DNA from: an uncultured delta proteobacterium
Lineage (GTDB): Bacteria; Desulfobacterota; Binatia; UBA9968
Direction: 5' to 3'
Length of the DNA stretch: 64,000 nucleotides
Assembly (NCBI GenBank): GCA_963745035.1
Contig: CAVUVW010000004.1
Coordinates: 28,021 to 92,020, forward strand
In this document: in pieces, positions 11,644-21,714 of the stretch
Position numbering within the stretch: the first letter of the stretch is position 1
Layout of the letters: each line of letters begins with the position of its first letter
The notes under the pieces: model-generated
What the model was told of the DNA's origin: nothing
Database searches by the model: none
What the model saw: only the letters and a program-made list of their open reading frames with translations
Translations under genes and position numbers: made by a program

Positions 11644-11716
11644 TAATCGTTTAGAAAAACTACACTGACGATTAAATAAATTAAGATTGACACTGCTTCA
11701 AGACGGTCAGTAGTAT
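11644..11716 (+). promoter_or_regulatory. Sigma70-type promoter with upstream inverted repeat in the LysR/Rieske divergent region
   Basis: TTGACA (11687-92), 18-nt spacer, TAGTAT (11711-16); TAATCGT-N17-ACGATTA inverted repeat at 11644-11674; AT-rich. Confidence 0.65.
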
Positions 11717-11749
11717 GGCCGCGCGTGAAGGAATCTTAAGCAGCGAAGA

Positions 11750-12961
11750 ATGAAAAAACACTCCGAAGTATTATTGGCCGACTTGTGTCGCGTGGGCCGC
11801 GAAACTCCCGCAGGCCAATGGCTGCGCCGATATTGGCTCGCGGTCGGAACCACCCGGGAGCTTTACGACATTCCCCGAGCGGTCAAGGTTTTGGGCGAAG
11901 ACTTGGTGCTGTTTCGCGACCCACAGGGCAAAATCGGCTTGTTGGGTCTTCGCTGCCCGCACCGCGGGGCTTCATTGGAATACGGCGACATCGAAGCCGG
12001 CGGCTTGCGCTGTCCGTACCACGGCTGGCTGTTCGACGTGGGCGGGCGCTGTTTGGAGATGCCGGCCGAGGCGACCGACAGTAAGTTCCCTGAAAAGGTG
12101 AAGCACTTATCTTATCCGGTTCAGGAACTGGGCGGGCTGCTCTTCGCCTATCTTGGACCTGAGCCAACCGATCCCCCGCCCTTGCCCAAATACCGCGCGC
12201 TGGCCGATCCTGCCGGCCGGCGATCGTTGGAGGCGACGCGCGTCTACGATTACAACTGGTTCAACTTTATCGAAAACGGCGCCGACCCGGCGCATTTTTC
12301 GATCCTGCACCGCGCCGATCCGAACGATGGCACCTGGCGCAGCTGGTTTTTTAATTTCAAGGACATTCCGCCGTTCGACGCAGTCGAGACTTCCTACGGG
12401 ATGAAAGTCGTGTCGCGCAAGCCGGGACCGACCGGCGACACCGAATACGTCGATGAAAAGAGTTTCGCGCTGCCGAGCATTCTGCAGATCGGCGACACCG
12501 AGTTTACTCACTTCAAGCAGCCGCGCGAGGCGCTCACCGCCGGCTCGCACAACGCCCACTTCATGTTCGTCACGCCGAACGACGATCACAGCTTTACGCT
12601 GTTCACGGTCAATCACTACACAGGCTCCGATCCGGAATTTTTCGAGAAACTGTCGCCGAGCCGCAAGGTCGAAGCCAAGGCCGAGAAGAAGAGCTATGAC
12701 CGGCGCAAGTATTCGCCGTTTCGCGGCAACGTGCGCACAGAGGACATCGCATGCCAGGCGACTCAGCCGCTGCTCGATGAACGTCGGGAGCAACTCGCAA
12801 CTTCCGACAAGGGCGTGATTCTGATTCGAAAGATTATCCGGGGCGCGGTCGAGGCGGTGGAGAAGGGCGACGTCCCCAAAGGAATTCCCTCGCGCGGCGA
12901 TGCGGAGAAGATGATCCGAATCGATTCGTTCACCGGTATCCGAGCAAAAGGAGGGAGCTGA
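11750..12961 (+). CDS. Rieske non-heme iron oxygenase alpha subunit #1 (phthalate dioxygenase/LigXa/PobA-like)
   Basis: CPHRG...CPYHGW Rieske motif; ENGADPAHFSILH mononuclear Fe site; C-terminal EDIACQ...SDKGV. Confidence 0.93.
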   Translation: MKKHSEVLLADLCRVGRETPAGQWLRRYWLAVGTTRELYDIPRAVKVLGEDLVLFRDPQGKIGLLGLRCPHRGASLEYGDIEAGGLRCPYHGWLFDVGGRCLEMPAEATDSKFPEKVKHLSYPVQELGGLLFAYLGPEPTDPPPLPKYRALADPAGRRSLEATRVYDYNWFNFIENGADPAHFSILHRADPNDGTWRSWFFNFKDIPPFDAVETSYGMKVVSRKPGPTGDTEYVDEKSFALPSILQIGDTEFTHFKQPREALTAGSHNAHFMFVTPNDDHSFTLFTVNHYTGSDPEFFEKLSPSRKVEAKAEKKSYDRRKYSPFRGNVRTEDIACQATQPLLDERREQLATSDKGVILIRKIIRGAVEAVEKGDVPKGIPSRGDAEKMIRIDSFTGIRAKGGS

Positions 12962-12962
12962 G

Positions 12963-13953
12963 TTGAAAGTTCGTTCGACGGTATCTCGCTGGTTAGTTGC
13001 GGTGATTCTGTCCGTTGCGTTGCGCGCCGGCGTTGTCGATGCCGCGCCGCTGCGCGTGGCGTACAGCGCCATCAGTGGCGCGATGTCGTCGCTCTGGGTG
13101 GCGCAGGAGGGCGGCTATTTGAAACGCGAAGGGCTCGATACCGAATTGCTTTACATCGGCGGTGGCTCGCTTCTGATCCAATCGATGATCAGCGGCGACG
13201 TGCCGTTCGCCTACGGTCCGTCGGTGCCGGTGATCAACGCTTCGCTGCGCGGCGCGGATCTGGTGCTGATCGGCAACACCGGCAATTCTTTGGTCTTCTC
13301 GATCATGTCGCGGCCCGAGATCAAGCAGCCGGCGCAGCTCAAGGGCAAGAAAGTCGGCGTGACCCGCCTCGGCGGCTCCACCGATTGGGCGCTGGACGCT
13401 GCCTTGAAACAGTGGGGGCTTGATCGGCGCGAGCTCACGGTCATTCAAACCGGCGGGATGCCGGAAGGGTTGGCCGGTCTTATCGCCGGCGCACTCGACG
13501 CCGTGGTGCTATCGCCGCCGAGCAACTTCCGCGCGGCAAAGTCCGGCATGCACGAGTTGGTCGACGTAGGGCAGTTGAAGATCATCTTTCCCAACACGCC
13601 CTTATCCGCGTCCGAGTCCTTCATCAAATCGAACCGCGAAACCGTGCTCCGTTTCCTGCGTGGCTTCACTCAAGGTTTACATCGCCTGCGCACCGACAAA
13701 GAATTCAGCATGAAGGTTCTCTCCAAGTACACCAAGGTCACCGATGCCGAGACTTTGGGTCAGCTGCACCAGACTTACGGCGTACGCTACAGCGGCGACC
13801 GAATTCCTTACATCCGGGCGGAGGGCGTAGACGAAATTCTGAAGCGCACTCCTGGTAAGGAAGCGCGCGAAGCCAAGGTAGACAGCTTCATCGATAACAG
13901 TTTGTTGAAAGACCTAGAGCAGAGCGGCTGGTTCAAAAGTTTGGGACGCGTGA
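12963..13953 (+). CDS. NMT1/SsuA-type ABC substrate-binding protein #1
   Basis: Signal peptide, LWVAQEGGY, LKGKKVGVTRLGGST, FIDNSLL; ORF track runs on to 14393 because an indel removes the stop. Confidence 0.88.
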
Positions 13954-13955
13954 GC

Positions 13956-14835
13956 ATGCGGAGTCGTAGTCACCGGAGGCTCCGGACGATTGGGGCAATA
14001 CGTCATTCGGGAGCTTTTCACTCATGCGCATGGAGTGCTGTCGTTGGACGTAGTCAAGCCGCGCGAATGCTTATGCCCGACGGAGGTCGTCGATCTGCAA
14101 AAGTTCGAGGCCTTGGCGGCGCACTTCAAAGGCGCCGACGCGGTAGTGCATCTGGCGCGGATTCGCTTTCCGTACACCGAAACCGGCTTCGATCCGGCGA
14201 AGCAACAATGGCAGTTCAGCGATCCAGGCGGCGATGCCGACCGCTTCAAGCAAAACGTTGCGCTGACCAGCAACGTCCTGGCGGCGGCCGAGGCATGCGG
14301 CGTGGGGCGAGTCGTTTGCGGTTCGAGTTTGGCCGTGTACGGGTTGTATTATCCGACCAGACCGCAACTGCCGGATTATTTACCGGTGGATGAAGACCAT
14401 CCGCGCCGCCCGCAAGACCCGTACGGTTTGACCAAGATCGTCGGCGAGCAGCTTTGCGATGCTTTGACCTGGAGAACCGGCGCGCAGGTCGCGAGCTTAC
14501 GATTCGCCGGCGTCTACACCGAGGCGCACCGGTCCATGCTGCTCGAGCGGAGAGAAAATCCGCTCGTCCGCGGCACCGGCGCCCTGTGGAGCTACGTCGA
14601 TGCGCGCGACGCAGCGCGCGCATGCCGGTTGGCTTTGGAAACGGACTTTGCCGGGCACCAGGCGTTCAATATTTGCGCACCAATCAGTCTCTCGGACACT
14701 GAGACCGGGGAACTCGTCAGCCGGTATCTTTCTCAAGTCCGACGAATTCGCGATGGTCTGCAAGGTAACTGGTCAGGATACGATACTAAGAAAGCGGCGG
14801 CGGTGTTCGGTTTCCGCGCGCTGCACGTTCTCTAA
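13956..14835 (+). CDS. NAD(P)-dependent epimerase/dehydrogenase (extended SDR), indel just after the start
   Basis: Reconstructed MRVVVTGGSGRLG Rossmann motif, SSLAVYG, YGLTK (YxxxK), WSYVDARD. Confidence 0.88.
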
Positions 14836-14860
14836 AAACCGGAATCTCCCGATAGGAGGA

Positions 14861-15946
14861 ATGATGCCATCGCAAAGCGAATTTGTGCCGAAAACCTACG
14901 GAGCTACCCCGTTCGATCAGTTTCTCGAATGGGAAGAAATTCCGGTTATCAGAAACTTCGTTGTCAGTGACATCCGTAAACTTCCGGTGGAGCCCTGGCG
15001 CCGGCGCGGTGGTCTCGGTTGCTACATCATTCTCGGACATCCGAAGGAGCCACCCAACTCGGCGGCGTATGTGTGTGAAATTCCCCCGGGTCAAAGTCTA
15101 AAACCGCAAAAGCAGATGTTCGAGGAAATGATCTTTGTCCTCAAGGGACGCGGGGCGACGACGGTCTGGCTTGATGACGGAAAAAAGCAGACATTCGAAT
15201 GGCAGGAGCGCTCGATGTTTTCGATCCCGTTGAATGCATGGCACCAGCATTTCAACGGCCAAGGCGGAGAAACCGTGCGCTATATCGGCTACACCAATGC
15301 GCCGTCCGCTTTCAATCTGTATCACAACTATGATTTTGTCTTTAACAATCCATACCAATTCCTCGACCGCTTTCACGGCGAAGAAGGCTACTTTAGCGGC
15401 AAGGGAACTGCGTTATCTGAGCGCCGGGTCTGGGATACCGCCTTTATCGCCGATATTGAGAAGCTTCAATTTCATGACTGGACTAAAAAGGGTCCAGGCG
15501 CCACCAACGTCGAGCTCGAGTTCTGCGACAACATAATTTCCGCGCATATCACCAGATCTCCCGTTGGCGCTTACAAAAAAGCGCACCGTCACGGCCTCGG
15601 CGCCGACATTCTCGTGCTCGAGGGAAAGGGCTTCTCGCTCATGTGGCTCGAAGGCTCGCCTATGGAGCGCTACGACTGGGGCGAGTTCAGCATGTTTTCG
15701 CCGCCGCATATGTGGTTTCATCAGCACTTCAACACTGCCAAGGAGCCGCTCAAGATGCTCGCCTTCAAGCCATTTGGACAGAAGTTTCAGGTGATGGACT
15801 ACGACAAACTCTTCGTCAGCACCGGCGGAGGCGGACATTTGATCGAATTTCCCGATGAAGACCCAAAAGTGAAAGCGATGTTCGAGGAGGAACTTTGTAA
15901 AGAAGGTGTCCCTCTTAACATGCCGGCGCATATTTACAAGCGCTGA
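14861..15946 (+). CDS. Bicupin-domain protein
   Basis: Two cupin repeats (FEEMIFVLKGRG...WHQHFN; AHRH...WFHQHFN); RBS aggagg. Confidence 0.85.
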   Translation: MMPSQSEFVPKTYGATPFDQFLEWEEIPVIRNFVVSDIRKLPVEPWRRRGGLGCYIILGHPKEPPNSAAYVCEIPPGQSLKPQKQMFEEMIFVLKGRGATTVWLDDGKKQTFEWQERSMFSIPLNAWHQHFNGQGGETVRYIGYTNAPSAFNLYHNYDFVFNNPYQFLDRFHGEEGYFSGKGTALSERRVWDTAFIADIEKLQFHDWTKKGPGATNVELEFCDNIISAHITRSPVGAYKKAHRHGLGADILVLEGKGFSLMWLEGSPMERYDWGEFSMFSPPHMWFHQHFNTAKEPLKMLAFKPFGQKFQVMDYDKLFVSTGGGGHLIEFPDEDPKVKAMFEEELCKEGVPLNMPAHIYKR

Positions 15947-15954
15947 GGCCATTC

Positions 15955-16929
15955 ATGAGAAAGAGCAACATGCAGAAAAAGTTGATCTTGGCACTCGCGC
16001 TAGTAGTTTCTCTTGCCGCGATGCCACCTGTGTCATGGTCGTTGGAAAAGGTCCGGCTCGGCTATAGCGGAATCGGTTCCGGCGAGGAAGTTCACCATTT
16101 CGCCAAAGAAGCGGGTTTGTTCCAAAAAGCCGGCCTCGACGTCGAAATCGTTTACATACCGGGGGGCTCGACGGTCGTGCAGGCGATGGCGTCAGGTGAG
16201 ATCCAGTTCGGTCGCGGTTCGGCCACTGAAGTCGTCAGCGCACATATGGCCGGCTTTCCGCTCAAGATTCTCGCGGCGCTCATCAACAAGTTCGTCTACA
16301 GTTTCGTAACACCAACGACTGTCGTGAAGCCGCAAGACCTCAAGGGCCGGGCAGTGGCGATCAGCCGCTTTGGTTCTGGTTCGGATTTCATCACCCGTCT
16401 GGCGCTCAAGTCCTGGGGGCTGGAACCGATGAGGGATGTGACCATACTGCAAGTCGGCAATTCCCCCGAGCGATTGGCGGCGATCGTCGGCGGCAAAGTG
16501 CATGGTTCGATTCTTTCCCTGTCGCAGACGCCGAGAGCCAAGGCGTTGGGCCTGCGCGTGCTCGCTGATCTGTCGCAGATCGATGCCGAATATCCGCAAG
16601 GGGTTCTTTACGTGTCATCGTCCTTGATCGAAAAACGCCCGGACTTGATGCGGACTTTTTTGGGCGCATATGTCGAGGCGATTCGTCAATTCAAAACGAA
16701 TAAACAGCTTGCTTATAAAATTATTGCGAAAAGCAGCGGCTTGAAGGACCGGGCTGAGATCGAAGAGTATCATAACCTTTTGTCTAAAAACTTCTTGCTG
16801 GATAATCCGATGCCGACTGTAGCCGGCGTCAAGACGGTGTTGGAAGATCTCGGCTCAAAAAATCCCAAGGTGCGTGAAATCAAGCCGGAGGATCTGATGG
16901 ATACACGCTTCTTGCGGGCGTTGAAATAA
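15955..16929 (+). CDS. NMT1/SsuA-type substrate-binding protein #2
   Basis: Signal peptide, GLDVEIVYI, DLKGRAVAISRFGSGSD. Confidence 0.88.
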   Translation: MRKSNMQKKLILALALVVSLAAMPPVSWSLEKVRLGYSGIGSGEEVHHFAKEAGLFQKAGLDVEIVYIPGGSTVVQAMASGEIQFGRGSATEVVSAHMAGFPLKILAALINKFVYSFVTPTTVVKPQDLKGRAVAISRFGSGSDFITRLALKSWGLEPMRDVTILQVGNSPERLAAIVGGKVHGSILSLSQTPRAKALGLRVLADLSQIDAEYPQGVLYVSSSLIEKRPDLMRTFLGAYVEAIRQFKTNKQLAYKIIAKSSGLKDRAEIEEYHNLLSKNFLLDNPMPTVAGVKTVLEDLGSKNPKVREIKPEDLMDTRFLRALK

Positions 16930-16954
16930 GGCGAGTTGCAGAAAGGCGGTCAGT

Positions 16955-18349
16955 GTGAGCGCGAACGAAGGAATGATCGATTTAAGACAGTTTCTGAGAC
17001 TTTTGGAGTCCGAAGGAGAGTTGCACAAGATCGGCGCGGAGGTCGATCCGAAGCACGAGCTCGGCGCGATCTGCAAGATTCACAACGAGCGCCCAAACAC
17101 TCCGGCGCTGCTGTTCGAGAACGTCAAAGGCCATAAAATTCCGGTGGTGGGGCAATTGCTCGCGACCGATCGACGGGTGGCGCTGGCGCTCGGTCTGTCG
17201 CAGGAAAACGTATTCGAAGAGACCGTGGCACGCGCGGGCAAGCCGCTGGCGCCGCGCCGGGTTCCGCAGGGCCCGTGTCAAGAAGTCGTCTTTGAAGGCG
17301 TCGACGTGGATCTCAGCAAGCTGCCGATCTGCACGAACAACCCCAATGACGGTGGCCAGTACATCACTGCGGGCCACGTCATCATTAAGGATCCCGAATT
17401 TGGCAACAACCTCGCGATCTACCGGATGATGGTGGTGTCGAAGAACGAGGTGACGATCCGCTTCACTCCCGGCCACGATGGCTACGATTTTATCAAAGGC
17501 GCCGAGAAGCGCGGCCAAGAAAAATTCGAGGTCGCGGTGTGCATCGGTGTGCCGCCGGCGGTCTACGTCGCATCGCAGTTCGAGCCCCGCGCCGGAGTTT
17601 ACGAGTTGGAAATCGCCGGCGGGCTTGCAGGCGTGCCCGTCGATGTCGTGAAGTGTCGCACTCTCGACTTGGAAGTTCCCGCGCTCGCCGAGATCGTGCT
17701 CGAAGGCGAGCTGACGATCCCGGCGAAGACCGGCGACGAGGGGCCGTTCGGCGAATTCTGCGGCTACACGACCGCGCAGGTGCCCAACGAGCGGATCATG
17801 AAGATCAAAGCGGTGACCCATCGCAAGAATCCGATTTATCACAACATCTGGCTCGGCAAGCCGCCGCACGAGCACCTCTACGTCGATGCCTTGACCTACG
17901 CGGTGGCGGCCTACCAGGAATTGAAGCCTGCCTATCCGGCGCTGAAAAAAGCTTATGCGCCGCCCTGGGGCGTGTCGATCGTGTTGATCCTGCAATTGGA
18001 AAACCGTTTGATGCGCCCCGGGATTGTCAACAACATCCTCGCTTCGTCGCTCTACACGCGCAGCGGCAAGTGGAAGCACGTGATCGTGGTCGACGAAGAC
18101 ATCAACATGGAAGATCCCAACGAAGTGCTCTGGGCGTTGACCACGCGCTTCCAGCCGGCGACCGACATGTTCGTCATCCCGCGGAGCATCACCAGTTCCC
18201 TGGAGCCGTCGGCCGGCGCCGATGGTTTGACTTCGAAGCTGATGCTCGACCTGACGATCAAAGAGAACTTTCGCGGCGAAGTGGCGCAGCCCACCGACAA
18301 AATGCGCCAGTCGGTTTTGCAGCGCTGGAAAGAGTATGGCTTTAAATAA
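16955..18349 (+). CDS. UbiD-family (prFMN-dependent) decarboxylase #1
   Basis: DLRQFL, PALLFENVKG, DGGQYIT, AIYRM, EGPFGEF, VVDEDI, WALTTR. Confidence 0.93.
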   Translation: MSANEGMIDLRQFLRLLESEGELHKIGAEVDPKHELGAICKIHNERPNTPALLFENVKGHKIPVVGQLLATDRRVALALGLSQENVFEETVARAGKPLAPRRVPQGPCQEVVFEGVDVDLSKLPICTNNPNDGGQYITAGHVIIKDPEFGNNLAIYRMMVVSKNEVTIRFTPGHDGYDFIKGAEKRGQEKFEVAVCIGVPPAVYVASQFEPRAGVYELEIAGGLAGVPVDVVKCRTLDLEVPALAEIVLEGELTIPAKTGDEGPFGEFCGYTTAQVPNERIMKIKAVTHRKNPIYHNIWLGKPPHEHLYVDALTYAVAAYQELKPAYPALKKAYAPPWGVSIVLILQLENRLMRPGIVNNILASSLYTRSGKWKHVIVVDEDINMEDPNEVLWALTTRFQPATDMFVIPRSITSSLEPSAGADGLTSKLMLDLTIKENFRGEVAQPTDKMRQSVLQRWKEYGFK

Positions 18350-18359
18350 GGATAAATTC

Positions 18360-18400
18360 GTTCAAGCTGTTCAAGACGTTCAAAGCGTTCAATCCGTTTA
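18360..18400. repeat. 9-bp-period GTTCAAnnn tandem array
   Basis: GTTCAA at 18360, 18369, 18378, 18387, degenerate unit at 18396. Confidence 0.85.
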
Positions 18401-18420
18401 GGATTCAGAGGGAAACTTCC

Positions 18421-19661
18421 GTGGCGAAGGCGAGACGGGAAGAGAAAAACTAAAAGCGTTACGGTAGCGGATATCCCACATGTAGGGCCGGGAACGCCGT
18501 GTGGCGAATGGTTTCGGCGCTACTGGATCGTGGTCGGAACCGCGCAGGAGCTGTACGACATTCCCCAAGCTGTGAAAGTGCTCGGCGAAAAATTGGTGTT
18601 GTTCCGCGATCCGGCCGGGAAAGTCGGCTTGCTCGGCGAGCACTGTCCCCATCGCGGCGCGTCGTTGGAATACGGCGACATCGAAGACGGTGGTTTGCGT
18701 TGCCCCTATCACGGCTGGCTTTTCAATACCGCACGGCCAATGCCTGGAGATGCCGGCGGAGCCGAAAGACAGCAAGTTTTGCCAGAAGGTGAAACATCTT
18801 TCCTATCCGGTGAAAGAACTCGGCGGCTTGTTGTTCGCGTACATGGGGCCGAATGCGGACGATGCGCCGCCGCTGCCGAACTATGCGCCGCTCGCCGAGC
18901 GGCCCGGCCAGTGGCAGGTCGAGCCGGTGCGGCATGCGGACTACAACTGGTTCAACTTCTTCGAAAACTCCGCCGACCCGGCGCACGTGTGCATCCTGCA
19001 TCGCCACGCCGGCTACGGCCAGCAGTCCTGGGGCAATCAGTTCTTCAGCTACACGGATATGCCGCACTTCGAGTTCATCGAAATGGATTACGGCATGAAA
19101 GTCGTGATGACCAAGCCGGGGTCAGAAAAGGGAACCGAGTTTGTCGACGAGATGAGTCTCGCGCTGCCGAGCATCGTGCAAGTCGGCGATACCGAGTTTG
19201 TGCATGCCAAAGTCGATGCCGCGGAACTGATGGCGCGGGGCTCTCAGTGCGAGCACTGGATGTTCGTGACGCCGAACGACGATGACCACTTTATGCTTTT
19301 TACCGCTGACAATTATCGCGGCCCGGAGGCGGATTTTTTCGCCAAGCTGAAGACGCTGCGCGCCAAAGAGATGCCGGCCGAAGAAGTCAAGCCGTACGAC
19401 AAGCGGCGCTTCATGCCGTACAAAGGCAACATCCGTCAGGAAGACATCATCACTCAGGGAACGCAGGGTCTCCTCGGCGAACGCGGCGAGCAGCTCGGCG
19501 TCTCCGATCGTGGCGTGATCAAGTTTCGCAAGATCGTGCTCGAGGCGATCGAGACGGCGCTCAGCGGCGGCCGTCCCAAGGGCGTGATCGGGAAAAGCGA
19601 GTCCGCGGGGCTTTATAAGCTGGATACGCAGGTGGGACTGCGAGAGAAGAAAACTCAGTAG
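18421..19661 (+). CDS. Rieske oxygenase alpha subunit #2 (close paralog of #1), frameshifted
   Basis: VGPGTPCGEWFRRYW, CPHRG...CPYHGW, ENSADPAHVCILH, EDIITQGTQG; spread over ORFs 18530 and 18690. Confidence 0.9.
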
Positions 19662-19732
19662 AAGGGCGGCAAAAGCTAGGTGAAAGATTTTTGCGCATTT
19701 CGCCGCGCATTGCAGGTGACAAGGAGGCAACG

Positions 19733-20626
19733 ATGATACGAGGAGTGCTGCTGCCGATTATCACGCCGTTCGACGAAAAGGTTCGGGTCGACGAACAGAT
19801 GATGCGCCAGCTGGTCGATTTTCACATCAAGGCTGGGGTGCAGGGATTGTTCGTGGCTCGGCTCCACCGGCCAAGGACCGGCGATGACGGTCGAGGAGCG
19901 CAAGCAAACGGCCGCCGATCGCGCTCGATCAGGCGAAATCGCGCGTGCCGGTGATCATTCACGTCGGCACGGCCGATGCGGGCAGCGCGGTCGAGCTGGC
20001 TGAGCACGCCGCGGCGCACAAAGCCGACGCGGTGGCAATCGTGCCGCCGTATTACTATTCCGATCACACCGAATACGAGATCATCGCGCACTACGAAGCG
20101 GTCCACAAAGCGGTGCCGCTGCCGATCTATATCTACGAAAATCCTAAATACTCTGGGATTTCGATTCCGCCCGGCTTTGCCGTTCGCATGAAAGAAAAGG
20201 TGCCGGCGCTTAAAGGCATCAAAGTCGCTTATGGCCAAGGCGCGCTGCTCGACTACGTGCGGCTGTTGCCCGACGTTTCGGTGTTCACCGGCAACGCAGA
20301 CCTTTTCGGTTTGGTGCCGTTCGGCGTCGCCGGGATGATCAATCCGCCGACGAGCTTCGTCCCCGAACTGTGCGTCGATCTTTTCAACTCTCTCGATCGC
20401 AAAGACTTCCCGGCGGCCGTGGAAGCGCAGAAGCGGGTAGATACCGCGGCGCGAATCGTGGCCGCTCGCTTGCGCAAATACGGCCGAGTGCCGCTGCAGG
20501 AGGTCTATCGCATGCGCGGTTTCGCCGTGAAGCGTTTTCCCAAGTGGGAGACCGAGCAGATGCCGAAGGAGGAAATCGCCGAAATTGGAGCGTGAGCTTA
20601 GGGACGCGGGGATTCTCGGACAGTGA
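19733..20626 (+). CDS. DHDPS/N-acetylneuraminate lyase-family class I aldolase, frameshifted
   Basis: PIITPFD, GSTG, VIIHVG, VPPYY, YIYENP, Schiff-base GIK. Confidence 0.88.
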
Positions 20627-20700
20627 AAGGATTTAAGTTATTGCTTGAAAACGGGATGAAGTTGCAAGAATTGCTCTGCGACTAAGCGCGATTATGATGC

Positions 20701-21708
20701 TTGAAGCGAGCGCTCAGTCGCATGCTGATGAATGCTGGAGAGATGCTTTGTCCTTTGTGCTCTTTCGCACTGAGTTTTCTTATTCCGTCGGTCGCGCAAG
20801 CAGAGCCCATTCGATTGGCGTATAGCTCGATCAGCGGCGCCATGGCGCCTTTATGGGTGGCGCAGGACTATGGGTATTTTCGCCGCCACGGAGTGGATCT
20901 TCAGCTGCTCTACATCGGCGGCGGCTCGGTGGCGACTCAAGCGCTCCTCGGCGGCGATGTGCAGTTCGTTCGGCTCGGCGCGAACGCCGTCGTTCAGGCG
21001 TCGCTTAGAGGCGCCAATCTCAAAATGATCGGCAATACGATCAACACGCTGGTATTTTCATTGATGGCCCGCCCCGAAGTCCAAACCGCCAAGGATCTCA
21101 AAGGTAGAAAAATCGGTTTGACACGCCTCGGCGGCTCGACGGATTTTGCTTTGGATCTCGCGCTCAAAAAATGGGGACTGCGGCGCGGCTCCGACGTTGC
21201 GGTTCTCCAGACCGGCGGCATGCCGCAATTGCTCGGGGCGATCACCGGCGGAGTCGTCGACGCCGGCGTGGTCTCGCCGCCGACCAACTTGTCGGCGGCC
21301 AAGCTCGGTCTCAAGGAACTTGTCGACTTCGGCGAAATCGGCATTGTCTATCCCAACTCGCCGCTCGCCACATCTCAAGTGTACTTGGAAAAAAACCGGG
21401 CTACCGCTCTGAGGGTCTTGCGCGCCTACTGCGAAGGCATTCATCGGGTGAGAACGGACAAAGAGGGAACGATGAAGGTCCTGGCGAGATACACGAAGGT
21501 GAATGACCCGGAGATTCTCGCCGAGCTTTACCGAATCTACGGCGTCAAGTATCTCGAGCCGATTCCGAGAGTGAGACTGGATGCCGTCGATGAAGTGTTG
21601 CGCTCCGAGGTGAAAGCGGGGGCGGGTGTCAAGGCGAGTGATTTCATTGACAACAGCCTGGTGGCCGAGCTCGAGCAGCAGGGATTGTTTCAGACGTTGT
21701 ACCGATAG
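20701..21708 (+). CDS. NMT1/SsuA-type substrate-binding protein #3 (paralog of #1)
   Basis: RLAYSSISGAMAPLWVAQ, LKGRKIGLTRLGGST, FIDNSLV. Confidence 0.88.
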   Translation: MKRALSRMLMNAGEMLCPLCSFALSFLIPSVAQAEPIRLAYSSISGAMAPLWVAQDYGYFRRHGVDLQLLYIGGGSVATQALLGGDVQFVRLGANAVVQASLRGANLKMIGNTINTLVFSLMARPEVQTAKDLKGRKIGLTRLGGSTDFALDLALKKWGLRRGSDVAVLQTGGMPQLLGAITGGVVDAGVVSPPTNLSAAKLGLKELVDFGEIGIVYPNSPLATSQVYLEKNRATALRVLRAYCEGIHRVRTDKEGTMKVLARYTKVNDPEILAELYRIYGVKYLEPIPRVRLDAVDEVLRSEVKAGAGVKASDFIDNSLVAELEQQGLFQTLYR

Positions 21709-21714
21709 GAGGAA

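Noticed and set aside
12963-14393. 476-aa binding protein with a long C-terminal extension
   Set aside because: Artefact of indels at ~13950-13960; the tail is an off-frame reading of the SDR gene
18360-18400. Possible mini-CRISPR or iteron array
   Set aside because: 6-bp repeats with 3-nt spacers are far too short; no cas or rep genes
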